Source of the DNA: the human T2T-CHM13v2.0 reference genome, Homo sapiens
Assembly (NCBI RefSeq): GCF_009914755.1
Contig: NC_060932.1
Length of the DNA: 64,000 nucleotides
Strand: one strand, 5' to 3'
Both the position numbers and the translations under genes were made by a program. The notes beneath the pieces were generated by a model, which was not told where the DNA came from, did not search any database, and saw only the letters and a list, made by a program, of their open reading frames with translations. This document shows, one piece after another, positions 14,761 to 28,844 of the stretch. The stretch's first letter is position 1; each line of letters opens with the position of its first letter.

Positions 14761-17454
14761 GACATGGGCAATCCCTGCATGGCATGGTTTCCCCCAGCTG
14801 CATGGCATGGGCACCTTACAAGCTTCCCAAGGGTAATTTTGATTACACAAGACTTCGACATAACCAGTTATAAATTAACTGCTGCATAAAGTACAACTTC
14901 CTTGATGCCATATGTTCGGCAATGTCCCCTGGGTCCCATTCTGCCCAGCAGCCACAGGCAAATGGGCAGGGTTTGAGTCCAAGGGGTCCTCATCATGAGG
15001 CTTCCCCCTGCCCCATGGCAATGTAGAATCTCCTCTGCCAAGCTGGTTTCAACTTCCTCCCACTTCACAGCTGTTGGGCCTTAAACTCTAGCCTTAAACA
15101 AGAAACACAGCACTGCCGGGAAAACCCAGGAAACTGGCACAGGCTCCCTGAACTCAGTGATTCCCCTGCTGGTTTTCTTCTCATGCCATATGGGCCAGCT
15201 GAGGCCAGTTCCCACAGTCTGCAAGGAGACTCCACGGTTCTTGGACACGTGTGTCTTGGTCCCTGTGGTGAAGGGACCACTTCCCCAGTGGGAGCCATGG
15301 AGACCCCCTGCTCTCTGTGTCCATGGGTTACTTTGGCAGTGGTTCCCTAGCACTGGCTAGGGACTGGACATTCAGAGAGAACTGGGGCAGCCCAGCCCCG
15401 CCCCTAGGAAGAGAGATGCAGCCCGCAGGGAGGGAGACATCACACACACTTCAGTTCAGTTGCAGGGAGCCAAAGTTCTGACAGATGGAGGCCCAAGGGG
15501 ATGGGGAGGCTCAGAGGAGGCCCGGGTTCCTTCCTGGAGGAAGTGGCAGACAGAGGAGGACTAACCAGGGGCAGAAGGGGAGAGGACGTGTCCCAGGCAG
15601 CCCAACAGCTGGAGTGGGAACAGGAAGCCCCATGCCTGTGGTGTGGGGGTAAAGAGGCACAGAATTTCGGTTTTGCCAGAGTGAGAAAGTAAGACGGGAA
15701 GGAGCAGAAGGAGAGGAAGAGAGGCGAGGAAGTTGGCCTCCTCCCTATAGCAGGGAGCTTGTAGAAGTTTCCATGCCAGGCAGAGACAGGGGCATCTTTC
15801 TCTGAACCATCCCCCAACCCCAAGCCTTTGGCCACCTGAGCACCCAGCGGAGGCCCCTCTGCCTGCCCCTCACACTGCACATGAGCGCCCTGCACCCGCC
15901 TCTCAGCACTTTGCACCCTCCCCTCCCTGCTCCACCCTACCTGCAAGGAAACAAAAGGCACTTTCTCCTTCCTCCCATGACCCACTTTCCAGGGCCAAAG
16001 CAGGCTGCTGACTTGATAACCTCGGCCATAGGTACCCTGCCCACAATAACATGTTTGCTCACACCCAGATTCCAGTAGGGCAGGGCCCGATAACTGGAGT
16101 GATCTTCACCACAGTGCCTCAGATGCGAAAGGAAAGGGACCTCCCTCAAGGTCCCTCAGGTCCCACCAGGCCTGGAAGTAGGTTTCCAGACTGAGTCTCC
16201 CATCACTAAAGGTAATCAAGGATCGACCGTGGAAAGATAGAGATGGTCAGGGAGAATTGGGACCAGCCAACCTCCAGTCTCCAACCTCACAGGGTCTAAT
16301 GCCCGAATTCGGTGTCTACCTCCTTGTTTATTCACTGCCAATCAGTCTGCAAGCATTCGCTGAGTGCCCCTGGGTGCCAGGCAAAGACGGGGCTGGCTTC
16401 CACTCCCAGCTCTGTCTCTCGCCAGCTGTGCAACCTGGGACACATAGCTTATCTCTGTGCCTCATCTACAAAGTGAGAATTCAGAGTTACTGTGAGGGTC
16501 AGAGATAAGGCATGCAAAGTTCCCTCTATACTGGAAGTGCTCAATAAATGCTAACTGTCATCATTCCTTAAGACATGAAGAGGTCTGAGAGCTCTGGAAA
16601 GTTCTGACATTATAGGGTATCTCTGCTGGCATCCCACAGGCCAGGAGGCCCTGGTATTAGCAACTTGCTCCTTTGCAGGGAGACAGCTGGTCCCACTGAA
16701 AATGTAGACACCCTTGTGGCCACACGTTCACCTGCATGCACGCACGCCTCACACTCAGCCCCCATGCCCTTATTACAGCAGTAGCTTTGAGGGGGCTATT
16801 ATCCTCCCCAGTTGTATAGACACAGAGGTAGTGTGTCCAGGGCCACCCGGAAAGTATGCAGCAGCAAAAAGTATGAAGTCCAAGCCTCTCGGTTCCACAG
16901 ACATGGTGCCTGGGCCATTTCCAGACATATCCGTGCATCCCATGGTGCTGCTCCTGGAGTGTCCTTCCTGGCTGTTCAAGCTCCAGCATTTCCTGCAGGC
17001 CCCAGTTCACAGGGTCCTCCCTGAGAGGGCTTCCTGTAGGTCCTAGCAGAGTTTTAGGTTTCCCCTCAGCTCCTGCAGACCTTGCACGTGGCTCTATTAT
17101 GGCCTTTTGGAAAACCACCATTAATTACCTGTTTATGTCTCCATTCCCCTGATGTGGAGCTGCCCAAAGTCCAAGACCTTGACTTGAGAGGCAAATCTGT
17201 TATCTTTCAGACCTTATCTCGCTCTGCCCTGGGTCACAGTCATTTAGGTTTCTGCCTCATCTCCCTAGCGGGCTGTCCTCACTTTAAAATATTTTAAAAA
17301 CCATTTTTGTGTCTATTAGCCAGACTTTTCCTAGCCACAACTAGGTTGAGGCTGACAGTTTCCAAACCACAGGTTGGGGGCATAGGCAGGAGGGGAACAT
17401 GCTGAGGGAGAGGGGCAGGGGATTGCCATAGCCTGGGAAAGTTGGGGACAGGGA

Positions 17455-17575
17455 GGAGGGAAGAGAAGAGGAAGCAGGAGGAGGAGGAAGGAGGAAAAGA
17501 GAGAAAGGAAGAGGAGGAAGAGGGAGAGAGGAGAAAGAGGAAAAGAATGAGGAAGAGCAGAAAGGAAGGAGGAAG
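17455..17575. repeat. GA-rich low-complexity tract
   Basis: Almost pure purine GGA/GAA repeats. Confidence 0.8.
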
Positions 17576-18491
17576 CTTAATGCATATAAAATGCACAGTG
17601 AAAACAGGGTTGACTGAGGTTCAAATGTGCCTCCCCGGGCAGGTCTTTCTCCAGCTCAGCTCTGGCTTCCCAGGGCCTTGTTTCCAGGTGCCCCTGTTCC
17701 AGGCCCACAGAGAGGCTCTTGTGTGGCTGATGCAAGTCGGCCATGGAGAAGCTGTTTCCAGTAGGCTCTTTGCTGGTGGAAACCTGCACCTGCCTAGGGT
17801 CTGGTACCACACTGTGATGGGCAGCCTAGCTGTGGGCCCAGATTCTGAGGCTGGCTTTGGCACCAGCTGGCTGTGTGACAGTGAGCAGGCTACTAGGACC
17901 TTTTGAGCCTCTATTTCTTCCACCATGAAACAGGACTAGTAATTCCCAAGCCACAGGGAACTTATCAGGGTTAAATGAAATGATGGAAGCAGAGTTTGGG
18001 GTACAAGGTGGGAGGGAGCTAGGAAAATGGTAGCTCTTTTCCTGTGAGCAGCATGGTGACAGCTCAGAGATGTGTGAATGCAGCCCAGGACGTGCAGTTC
18101 CTCTTGCCGGGACTTGTGTAACTGATGGGATTTGTTGGGTGATCCTGTGACCTGTAGAGCAGGAAGGAGCTCTGGCAATGGGGAGTACGGGGGAGAAATC
18201 CATAAACCAGGGAGCCTAAAACTGCATGGCAGAAAGTTCTGAGCATCAGAGATGATGTGGCTAGTGCCACAGTCTGAGAAGTTCCCATTTTGAATTCCAG
18301 AGTCTTTGGGGAAACAGAATCATAGGTATGTGTTTCTAAGGTGTCTTTCTATTCCAAGTGTCAGAAACTCAACTCAAATGGACTTAAGACACAAGGAAAA
18401 TACTCTGGCTCATGTGGCCCAAAATTCTGAAGGGGCTGCGAGCTTCAGGCAGGGCTGGATTCAGATATTTAGACATTGTCATCAGAATAGC

Positions 18492-18592
18492 ATGTGTGTG
18501 TGTGTGTGTGTGTGTGTACGTGTGTGTGTGCATGTGTGTGCGTGCATGTGTGTGCCTGTGTGTGCACACGTGTGCTCATGCATGTATCCATG
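18492..18592. repeat. (TG)n microsatellite, imperfect
   Basis: tgtgtgtg... alternating purine-pyrimidine run. Confidence 0.9.
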
Positions 18593-18834
18593 TCCATGTG
18601 CCATGGCTCTGCTCTCCTTTATGTTGTCTTCAATGTCAGGCAAACTTCCCAAGCAATGATTAAGTTTCGGTCTCGCAGCAGCTTCAGGCTTGTATCCTAC
18701 CCAGTTACCATTTCCTATAGAGTTTCAGCAAAAGCCCTCTGGGCAACTCTCACTGGACTGGTTTGGGTCATGGTCCAATTAGAGTCAGTCACAATGACCA
18801 GGGAAAGGAATGTTCGCCATGGCCAGATGCACTC

Positions 18835-19490
18835 GTTGGCTAAATAATGTATACGCACCATCATCCCCTTCTCCTATGTCCACATGCTAATCCCTGAAAC
18901 CTGGGAATGTGTTACCTTCTATGGCAAAAGAGGCTTTACAGATAGATTTAAATTAAGGATCCTGAGATGGAGACGTTCTCCCCATTTGTCTGGGTGGCCC
19001 TGGTATAATCACAATAGTCCTTATCAGGGGAAGTTGAGAGAGAAGAGGTGGCCTTGGAAGCATAGTTTGAGCCATGGTTTGAAGATGGAGGAAACGGCTT
19101 TACCAAGGAATGCAAGCAGCCTCTAGAAGCTGGGAAGGTCAAAGAAATGATTCTCCCCTAGAGCTTCCAAGAGGGAGTTTGGCCTTGCTGACACCTCTTG
19201 ATCCAGCCAAACCCATTTGAAACTTCTGATGTCTGGAGCTCTAAGAAAATACAGTGTTGGCGCACCTGTAATCCCAGCTACTCAGGAGGCTGAGGCAGGA
19301 GAATCGCTTGAACCTGGGAGGCGGAGGTTGCAGTGAGCCGGGATGGCACCACTGCACTTCAGCCTGGGTTACAGAGCAAGACTCATTTCAAAAAAAAAAA
19401 AAAGAAAGAAAGAAAAAATACACTGGTGGTATTGTAAGCTGCTAATTTTGTGGCAATTTGTTACAGCAGCTGTGGGAAGCTCATGAACCA
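18835..19490 (+). mobile_element. MLT1D-type MaLR LTR with nested truncated Alu
   Basis: ATGCTAATCCCTGAAACCTGGGAATGTGTTACCTTCTATGGCAAAAG...CTCTAGAAGCTGGGAAGG...TGGCAATTTGTTACAGCAGC. Confidence 0.8.
19259..19418 (+). mobile_element. Alu right arm only (5'-truncated insertion)
   Basis: Begins GGCGCACCTGTAATCCCAGCTAC; A-tail; flanking AAAATACA repeats resemble a TSD. Confidence 0.9.
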
Positions 19491-20330
19491 GGCTGGCTCA
19501 CGTGTGCATCTCTGGAGGTGGGGCTGGGGGACAGAGAGAGTCCCCCAAACTAGATGGACTGAGTGTGAAGGAGGGACAGGAACCAAAGGCAAACAAAGCC
19601 CCTTTACCAAAGAAAGGGGGGGTAGGAGATGGGCTGGCGAAAAAGAAGGCAGAAGTCACAAAGATACAGAGGCATTGTGGGGTTCCTTTCGTAGGAAGTT
19701 CAAGATCAGGCAAAACAAGCTCATGGAAAGAAAGGCTGGGGTTGCTTCTCAGAGAAGGGCTAGATATTGACCAGGAAGGGGCACCAGGAGTCTGCGAAGC
19801 CGGGGAATGTTCTCTGTCTTGACTTCAGTGGTTGCTTCATGATGTATACATATGTAAAAAATTCTCACTCTTAAGATGTACATCCACTTAAGATGTACAC
19901 ACTCTGTGCATTTTTCTCTCTGGGTGAGTCATTCCTCAATTAAACAGCAGTTATTGAAGGGATAATTCATGGCAGCAAAACTCTGCCATTTGAACCCAAT
20001 TAGCTGTCTTCTCTGTGCCATAATAATATTCATTCATCTCAATCTTCACTCATTTGACAGAGGAGGAAACTGAGGCCCACGTGGTGAGGTGCAGAGCACA
20101 GGCAGAGTCATGTAGCCAGACCCAAGCCTGTCTGCCATGCCCTTCCTCAGCTCTGACTGCTTTGAGCTGGCCCAGTGTCCTGCTCTGCAGGCAGGGGTGG
20201 GTCCTTCACCGGCACTGCCCCCCCCACCCCTGCCGCCCGATGTCACAGTTACTCCTTGGGGCCTCCTGGGGAGAAAACATGAGTCTCTTCTTTTTTTCAG
20301 TGCTTTTAGGCTGCTAGAAACTTCCGATCC

Positions 20331-20493
20331 CTCACTCACCTCTGCGCTCACTCACCTGCTCTCACTCACCGTCTGCTCTCACCCACCTTCCGCTCTCACT
20401 CTCCTTCTGCTCTCACCCACCTTCTGCTCTCACTCACCTTCCGCTCTCACTCTCCTTCTGCTCTCACCCACCTTCTGCTCTCACTCACCTTCT
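20331..20493. repeat. Minisatellite, 17-bp CTCACYCACCTTCYGCT unit with 51-bp higher-order duplication
   Basis: ctcactcaccttctgcg/ctcacccaccttctgct repeated; a 51-bp block occurs twice. Confidence 0.85.
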
Positions 20494-21499
20494 CAGGATC
20501 TGGTGCCCAGCTGGGGTCTCACAGCAACCCTTGTTACTGCCCCTATGGAAACACAAGACCTCCTGGGGCAACGAGGTGAGGGTGTACCTACTCTCAGCAT
20601 GCCTTTTGCTATCCACTCCCTTTTATTCATTCAACAAGCATTTCCTGAGGGCTCAGGAATTGGGGGTATAGCTGCAAACGGGGCCTCAAGGGCCCTGCCC
20701 TCAGGCAGCTGACAGTCTAGACAGGAGACACGCAGTAGCCAGATGAGAAACCATATGACTCCACAGATTACCCAGGCACCTGCCATGTAAGGGGGAAGCC
20801 ACCTGGGCACCCAGGAAGCCCCTGCTGCTCACAGCCATCCTCTCCTCACCTTCAGCACACACTTTGCCTTAAGAGGGAGAAGGAAACTAAGCCGGGGGTA
20901 TTAAATGAGGTCCCAAGTCCTCCATCATCCAAATCCTCTGCATGGCAAAGCCAGGCTTCTCCCCAGCGAGAATCAGGTGCCCTCCCTGCTCCAGGCTGGC
21001 CCGCTGCAGTCAGCCTCCTCTGAGCCAGCCTCAGCTTCTGACTTCACGGAGGCCCTGCCATCTGCACAGCACATGCCCTCAGGTCCAGAAGAGACTGGGC
21101 AGAGCAGGTGTTCGTATCCATTTTTCAGACCTGCAAGCTGTGGCTCAGAGAGCAAAGAGTCCCACCCAGGGTTACCGTTGCTGGTGGCAGGGCCTGGCAC
21201 CTCACATCCATGCACCTTGGGGTAGAATTATAGGCCTGTCTCCTCCACTGAGCTGGGCTCCAGGAGGGCTGGGGCAGGGCCTGGGTTCAACTCCTAAACC
21301 CCAAGTGGGCCCTTAGCTGGGACCTGGGAAACCAGGGTCTTTTCCCCGTCGGGGCTTGCCCAGGCCATGGGTGCTTGTCACTGCCTGGCACAATCCCAAG
21401 GCCACTGTTCCAGGCTGGAGAAGGGGAGGGCAGTGGGAAGGCTGAAGGCAAGGGAGGGCTGAGGCTGGAAGCCACCTCCCATCTTCCTCCCACATGGAG

Positions 21500-21645
21500 A
21501 CGTGCAGCACCTCACGCCCCTCCCAGGAATCCCTCAAGGCCCAGAGGTGACTCAGCAACACGTGAGCTAAGCTGTCCGAGCTGTGCCCCACCTCTTGCCA
21601 GATGCAGAGCCCAGTGGGGGGAGGGAACGTGCCACCCGCCACGTG
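21500..21645. promoter_or_regulatory. Candidate enhancer: cluster of RCGTG/CACGTG motifs plus ARE/AP-1 site
   Basis: ACGTG 21500-21504, CACGC 21513-21517, GTGACTCAGCA 21547-21557, CACGTG 21559-21564, ACGTG 21627-21631, CACGTG 21640-21645, in apparently non-repetitive DNA. Confidence 0.45.
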
Positions 21646-23779
21646 CACCCCTGCAGCAGCTCAGCCTGCAGCAACAGAGCCGCCCCTGCCTCTCCCTCCC
21701 AATCTCTCTCTTCTTCTTTGTGGGGACCTCACATGTTCCTTCTGCCTCCATTCAACCCTCACCTCGCTCTACAGGCATTAAACGCAGGACTGGTAGTTTG
21801 CTGTGCTGATGGTGCCACAAAAGCTACCTCCTGCAATCCTCTCTGCAATCCTGCCAGGCCAAGTGGGGAAACTGAGACTCAGAGACAGTTTGTGACTTAT
21901 GCAAGGAACCGAGATTCAAACCTAGCTCAGCCTAACCCTGAAGACTGTGTGATTTCTCTTTCATGAGCCATGCTGAGTGGGATCATTGACAAACTCTACC
22001 CCCTTTTGCGCATTTTACAGAGTGGGAGGGAAGACTGAGGCACAGGGAAGGGAGGTGACTGGTGGGGGAGGGAAGGGACCAGCATAATGTTGTCCTAGGA
22101 CAGAACGGTGGCTCTCTGTGTCCCCAGGGCACTGTGGCTGACACTGGGACAGACTCCCTGCCCTAGGAATGTGTGGTGAATGAATGAGTAGGTGCTGGGT
22201 GTGCTCTTTCAACGTGATGGTCACAGGCCACATGCGGCTATGGGGCACTTGACATGTGACAAAGAAACTGAATATCTCATTTGATTTTATTTTAAATGTA
22301 AAATATCAATACTGTCTACAGTTGATATATTTCAAGACATACAGCATCATTTGCACCATGCTTTAGCACTTGCAGAGCAGTTTATAGCCTCCATCTGCTC
22401 TTTCGATTCTCAAAACTCACCAAGACCCACATCTCCACTTTCCAGAAGAATGTGAAGTTCAGAGAGGTCAAGAGACTTGCCCAAGATCACACAGCCAGGA
22501 AGTGGCAATGCCAGAGAACCTGGCCACCCTGACTGTCTGCCAAATCCCTTTCCACTTTGTGCTTTAGTCACAGTTGCAAGCGCTTATATGGCAGGTCCAC
22601 CTCTCAGTGCTATGCCTGCATTACCTCAATGATTCCATCCATTTCCCTAGGGGAAAAGGACACCAGTGTTAAAGTTCTAAGATGAGGAGACACAGACAAG
22701 CTGAATTCTTTGCCCACTGCTGCCTGGTTAGAAATCAGCAGAGCTGGGGTTTGCATTTGAGGTTCTGGAGCTGGACTCCGACCTTTGTTATTACGTGAGT
22801 GGCCTTTGAGTGGTGTGTGGGGCGTGTGGAGTCAGCAATGCTCCTGTCGCTGAGCACCTTGGGTGACGCCTGAGTCTCTGAGCACTGGGAAGCCACTGGG
22901 AGGTGTTAAGCTCAGACCATGGGACTTTAGGAGAGGGCTCTGCTGAGGTCTGGGGAGGGACAGCTGGGGTGAGTTCAGGACAGGCGGCGCAGGGGGAGAC
23001 TGCTCAATAGCCAAGCACTGGCCACAGAAAGGAAAAAACAGAATGACTAGTTAAAGGACTTGGCTGCAAAGTCAGGCTGTGCAAGGATGCTGTCCCAGCA
23101 CAGATAGGGAAGGGACACAGCCCGGAATCCCAGGCGGCAGCCGCACTGCCACGTGGAGGAACAAGAAGGCCCATGCAGAATGTGGCTGGAGGCAAAGGTG
23201 CATGGTGAGGAACAGGCGGGGTCTGTGGGTGGAGCCCCCTATGGTGCAGCAGGCTGCTGCCCAGGGCCGGTGACCCAGCAGGAGGACACAGAGACTGCAG
23301 ACAGGAGGCTCCAGGGCACAGGGTTTCCACATGGCTCTGTCCTTGGTGGCCTGAGGCCCCCTGTTTAACTCCAAGCTGCAACTGCAGCCTCCTACCCAAC
23401 CAAGAACACCAAACATACCTTGTTGCAGGTTTCAACCAGACATACCAACGGTGACAGGGAAGATGCCTCCACCTGCATCTTCCACCTGCTCATGGCTCTG
23501 TGACCATTCACTTTAAGAGAGGGACAAAAACCTAAAGGGAAAACAAATAAAAAGCGTCAGGTGATTCTGCTTGTAAAAGGCTGACGTATGATTAACTTTG
23601 AAGAAGGCTTAAAAGTAGCTTTATTGGGTAACAGGACAAAAAAATACTTATTTAAAGGAACTACTTATTTAAAATTGCAAACCTCCCACACACCTCATGC
23701 CCTGTTCTTTCCCATTTCTCTTCCTTTGTGGCACTGATCAGGGTTTCATATGCAGCTTTATGTAAGATACAAATTTATT

Positions 23780-23930
23780 TTGCTTAAAGTCTATCTTCTT
23801 CTATTGGAAAGTAAGTTCCATGAGAGAAGGAATGTTTTGGACTTTCTTGTTCACCATTGAACCTTTGGAGTCTAGAATTGTGCCTGGCATATAGCAGGTG
23901 CTCCATACGTTTCTGTTCAATAAATGAACG
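23780..23930 (+). mobile_element. L2 3' end fragment
   Basis: gtaagttccatgaga...cttgttcacc...tctagaattgtgcctggcatatagcaggtgctc...aataaatga. Confidence 0.7.
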
Positions 23931-25274
23931 AAAGGGTGGCAACAAGAAAGCAACGATGCAACAGTGATAACGTGGCACCCATGGAAGGAGGTGAGGAAGC
24001 ATCTGTGAGGCCAGCCAATCACCGGGTGTCGTGCATGTGACATGCATTCGGGGGCTGCTAGGGACCAGCCCTGGGCTAGAGCTTTAGAGAGGTTTCAGGC
24101 GAGAACATTGTCTGCTAAGTCACAGTATCTGGCTAGTCTCAGGTGAGGCACATTAAGCTCAGCTCAAGGCCATGAGCAAGGTGATGAGCAGGTTTGCCTG
24201 CTGCAGGCCGGGCTAGCCCGGCTGTTGGCAGAAATAGCAGGGAGAGCTGCCCTGAGCAAGGAGGGGAGGGGCTTCCTGGCCTATTTTATGTGCTGGCCAT
24301 TCCTGTCTGCTTCTCCCATACCCCACCGAGCTTCCCCTTTTGCCCTGGAGACAGTCATCAGTGATTTGAAGCTGGGCTGGTCACTGCAAAGAATCCGGAA
24401 TCATTTCTAGGAGTTAGAGCTGAGAAGAAAGTGATGAGATGCAAGAGGCAAGACAATGCCAAGCTGATTGTGGTGGACACAGAGTCCTAAAAGGGGCAGC
24501 TTGTGCCACAGAGGGGCCAGCAGAGCCATATCTCCTCTGTGAGTGCGCTTCTGTGTAAAACAAGTACCACAAGTTCTAGAGTCAGACAGGGCCACGTTCA
24601 AATCTACCGGTGGCCCTTCCGAGCTGTGTGACCTGGAGCCAGGTACTTTTCCTCTCTAGACTCTGGTTTTCTGCACCTGTGCATGCATGAACATGTGCCC
24701 ACACATATACACACACACACACATGAGAGTGGTATATTTTTGCCTCACAGGGCTAGTGTAAATATTATTAAATGGCATACATATAAAGCTTCCCTTTCCT
24801 GCTTTGAGCTCAACTTTTAAATTCTTTTTAAAAAGATTAAAAATCAATAATCAAGTGATGCACACGTATTGCAAAACAATTATTAAAATGAGATAATCAA
24901 GAAGAAGAAATTTAAAATCACCTGTCATCACAAGAATGAGAAGACAAGCCACAGGCTGGGAGAAAATATTTACGAAAGACATGTCTGATAAAGGACTGTT
25001 ATCCAAAATATACAAAGAACTCTTAAAATTTAATAAAGAAACAATACAATTTTTTTTAACGGGCAAAAGGCCTGAACAGATACCTCACCAAAGGAGACAC
25101 ACAGATGGCAAATAAGCATATAAAAAATGCTCAACATCATAAGTCATCAGAGACTTGCAAACTAAAGTCTAATGAGATGTCACTATTAGAATGGCCAAAA
25201 TCCAAAACACTGGCTGGCAACACCAAATTCTGGAGAGGATGTGTGGAGCAAAAGGAACTCTCATTCGTTGCTGG

Positions 25275-25970
<696 letters not shown>

Positions 25971-26052
25971 GTTGGTGAGAATGTAAAATAGTACAGCTAT
26001 GTTGGAAGACAGTGTGGCAGTTTCTTACAAAACTGGACATAATTTTACCATA

Positions 26053-26445
26053 TGATATGGTTTGGATCTGTGTCCCTACCCAAATCTCATGTTGAAATGT
26101 AATCCCCAATGCTGGGGCCAGGTGGGAGGTGACTGGATCATGGAGGCAATTTCTTGTGGTTTAACACCATCCCCCTTTGGTGCTGTTGTCGTGATAGTGA
26201 GTTCTCATGAGAACTGATTGTTTAAAACAGTGTGGCACCCCCCTTCCTCTTGCTCTGGCCATGTGAAATGCTGGCTCTCCCTTTGCCAGCAAAATTGAGT
26301 AAAAGTTTCCTGAGGTCTCCCCAGCAGAAGCCGCTATGCTTTCTGAACAGCCTGCAGAACTGTGAGCCAATTAAGCCTTTTTTCTTTTTATTAATAAATT
26401 ACCCAATCTCAGGTATGTATAGCAGTGTGAAAATGAACTAATACG
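26053..26445 (+). mobile_element. MST-type MaLR solo LTR
   Basis: TGATATGGTTTGGATCTGTGTCCC...CCTGCAGAACTGTGAGCCAATTAA...AACTAATAC; TSD CCATA/CCACA. Confidence 0.9.
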
Positions 26446-27323
26446 CCACACTACCCAGCAACTGTGCTCCTTGGTATTTACCCAAAGGATTGAAAACGAA
26501 TGTCCACACGAAAACCTGCATGCAGACGTTTGTAGCAGCTTCACACGTAATTGCCAAAACTTGGAAGCAACTAAGATGTCTTTTAGGGGGTGAATGAATA
26601 AATAGAATGTAGCTCATCTAGACAGTGGAATATCATTCAGCACTAAAAAGAAATGAGCTAACAAGCCTGAAAATATATGGAGGAAACTGAAATGCATATT
26701 ACTAGGTGAAAGCAATTAATCTGAAAAGGCTACATATCATATGCCTCCAACTATATGGCATTCTGAAAAAGGCAAAACTAGTGACAGTAAAAAGATCAGT
26801 GGTTTCCGAGGGCTAGAGCGGAGGGAGGGAGGAATAAGCAGAGCACAGAGGATGCTTAGGATGGTGAAACTCTGCATGATACTCTAATGCTAGATTCATG
26901 TCATTATACATTTGTCAAAATCCATAGAATGTGCAACACCAAGAGCGAACCCTAATGTAAATGATGGTCTTTGGTGATGATGATGTGTCTCTGTAAGATC
27001 ATCAGCTGTCACAATGTACCCTCTGATGGGGGATGTTGATAATGGGGGAGGCTATGCATGTTTAGGGGTAGGGAGTATATGGGAAATCTCTGTGCCTTCC
27101 TCTCAGCTTTGCTGTGAACTTAAAACTGCTCTACAAAATAGTCTAATAAAAAAATCAGTCATCATCCCATCCCCTGGTTGTATTTACTACTCTGTTCCTA
27201 GCACTTAGTGTGCTTCCTGGCACATAAATGGGCTGTTAACTCAATAAATGTTAGTTGGGTGAATGAAGGAATAAATACACTCAAAATAATGTGTTAACAT
27301 TTTGGTGTATACAATTCCAGTTA

Positions 27324-27621
27324 TTTTTTTGCTGGGTGAGGAATAGAGGCTCGCTTTGTCGCCCAGGTTGGAGTACAGTGGCACAATCTCGGCTCACTAC
27401 AACCTCGGCCTCTCAGGTTCAAGAAATTCTCCTGCTTAGCCTCCGGAGTAGCTTGGATTACAAGCACCCGACACCATACCCAGCTAATTTTTTAATTTTT
27501 CAGTAGAAACAGAGTTTTGCCATGTTGGCCAGGCTGGTCTCGAACTCCTGACCTCAGGTGATCTGCCTGCCTCTATCTCCCAAAATGCTGGGATTACAGG
27601 TGTAAGCCACCATGCCTGGTC
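27324..27621 (-). mobile_element. Alu (S-type)
   Basis: TSD AATTCCAGTTA at 27313-27323 and 27623-27633. Confidence 0.95.
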
Positions 27622-28844
27622 AAATTCCAGTTACTTTCTATGCACATATATCATGCTTTTTTCATTTAAATGACATTCTACCAGACACATGATTTTATAA
27701 TCAGTTTCATCTCTTGATACACTGTTGCTCCAGGGCAATAAATACAAATATTCCTTAGGAACACTTTAATGGCTGTGCATTGTCCTGCCGTTTGAATAGA
27801 CCATCATTCATCAAACTCAGCCCTTCTTTTAGCATCTGGGTTAATTTCACGTTGTTGCTTTCAGACACAACACAACAACAGGCATCTCCATATGCGTGTC
27901 ATTTCCTACGTGACTGTTTATCTGTCAGGATCAGTTTTAAACAGTCTGGGCAGGAGAGAGGGAAGATGGTGGTGATGTCATCTTGGCTTCTGAGTCTACT
28001 GCCTGTAGGGGCGTCTCAGTGATGGAGTTCTGCATGACTCATCTTCTCTGAGAAATATCCCTGTGAACACACCGGGAACATGCCACCTGCATCAGCCCCA
28101 TGGCGAGGGTGACCACATGACCAACCCCAACAGAAGGCCTGGTGGTCTGACATGAAGGAATATGCTCCTGGGGCCAGCAGGGCAGAGGGGGGCCTGGTCC
28201 TGTCACCCCTGAACACCCAGCAAGAAAGCCAGTCAGGCCTGGATTTGAGGCCTGGGCTGCCACTTGTTAGCTGTGTGTCTTTGGTGAAGTGACTTAACCT
28301 CTGAGCTTCGATCTTCTTATTTGTAAAACAGACATCACTCACCTTGTAGGGTTATCAGGGGGATTAATGGTGATGATGCAATAATGCTCCAGAAGGTGTT
28401 TGTGCAGAGCCCAGCGTGGGCTGTGAGTTCAGCCTGAGTTACTGTGTTGACATCACCACAAACCTGAACATAGGACACGCTGTGCATCTCGCACCACTCT
28501 GAGCATCTACCTGCTGTAACGTACTGCCTTTCAGCCTTAGTAGTGGACTGCTTCAGGAAATTTGTCAGATAGGAGCTGAGCCAGTTGGCCCCTGGGTTTA
28601 GAGTTTATTTTGGAAAGAAACATCCTCACTCTCCTGGTGGGGCTGTGTTCTCAGGGTGGGAAGAAGGGATTGAGCCATGAGACTGGAGGTGGAACCATGG
28701 CCCTCAAGAGCTCATGATCCTGAAGTCACCAGAGCTCTGAGCATCTGCGTCTCCATCTGTAAACCAAACTAGGGCTCATTGGGTCATTAGGCCTTCCCAG
28801 CTCTGAGAGTCTAAAAATTCCTTCTCAGAAATGATGAATACAAC

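Noticed and set aside
20137-20712. 191-aa ORF with repeated SHSPSALTLLLLSPTFC
   Set aside because: The repeat arises from the 51-bp in-frame minisatellite unit; no homology recognised.
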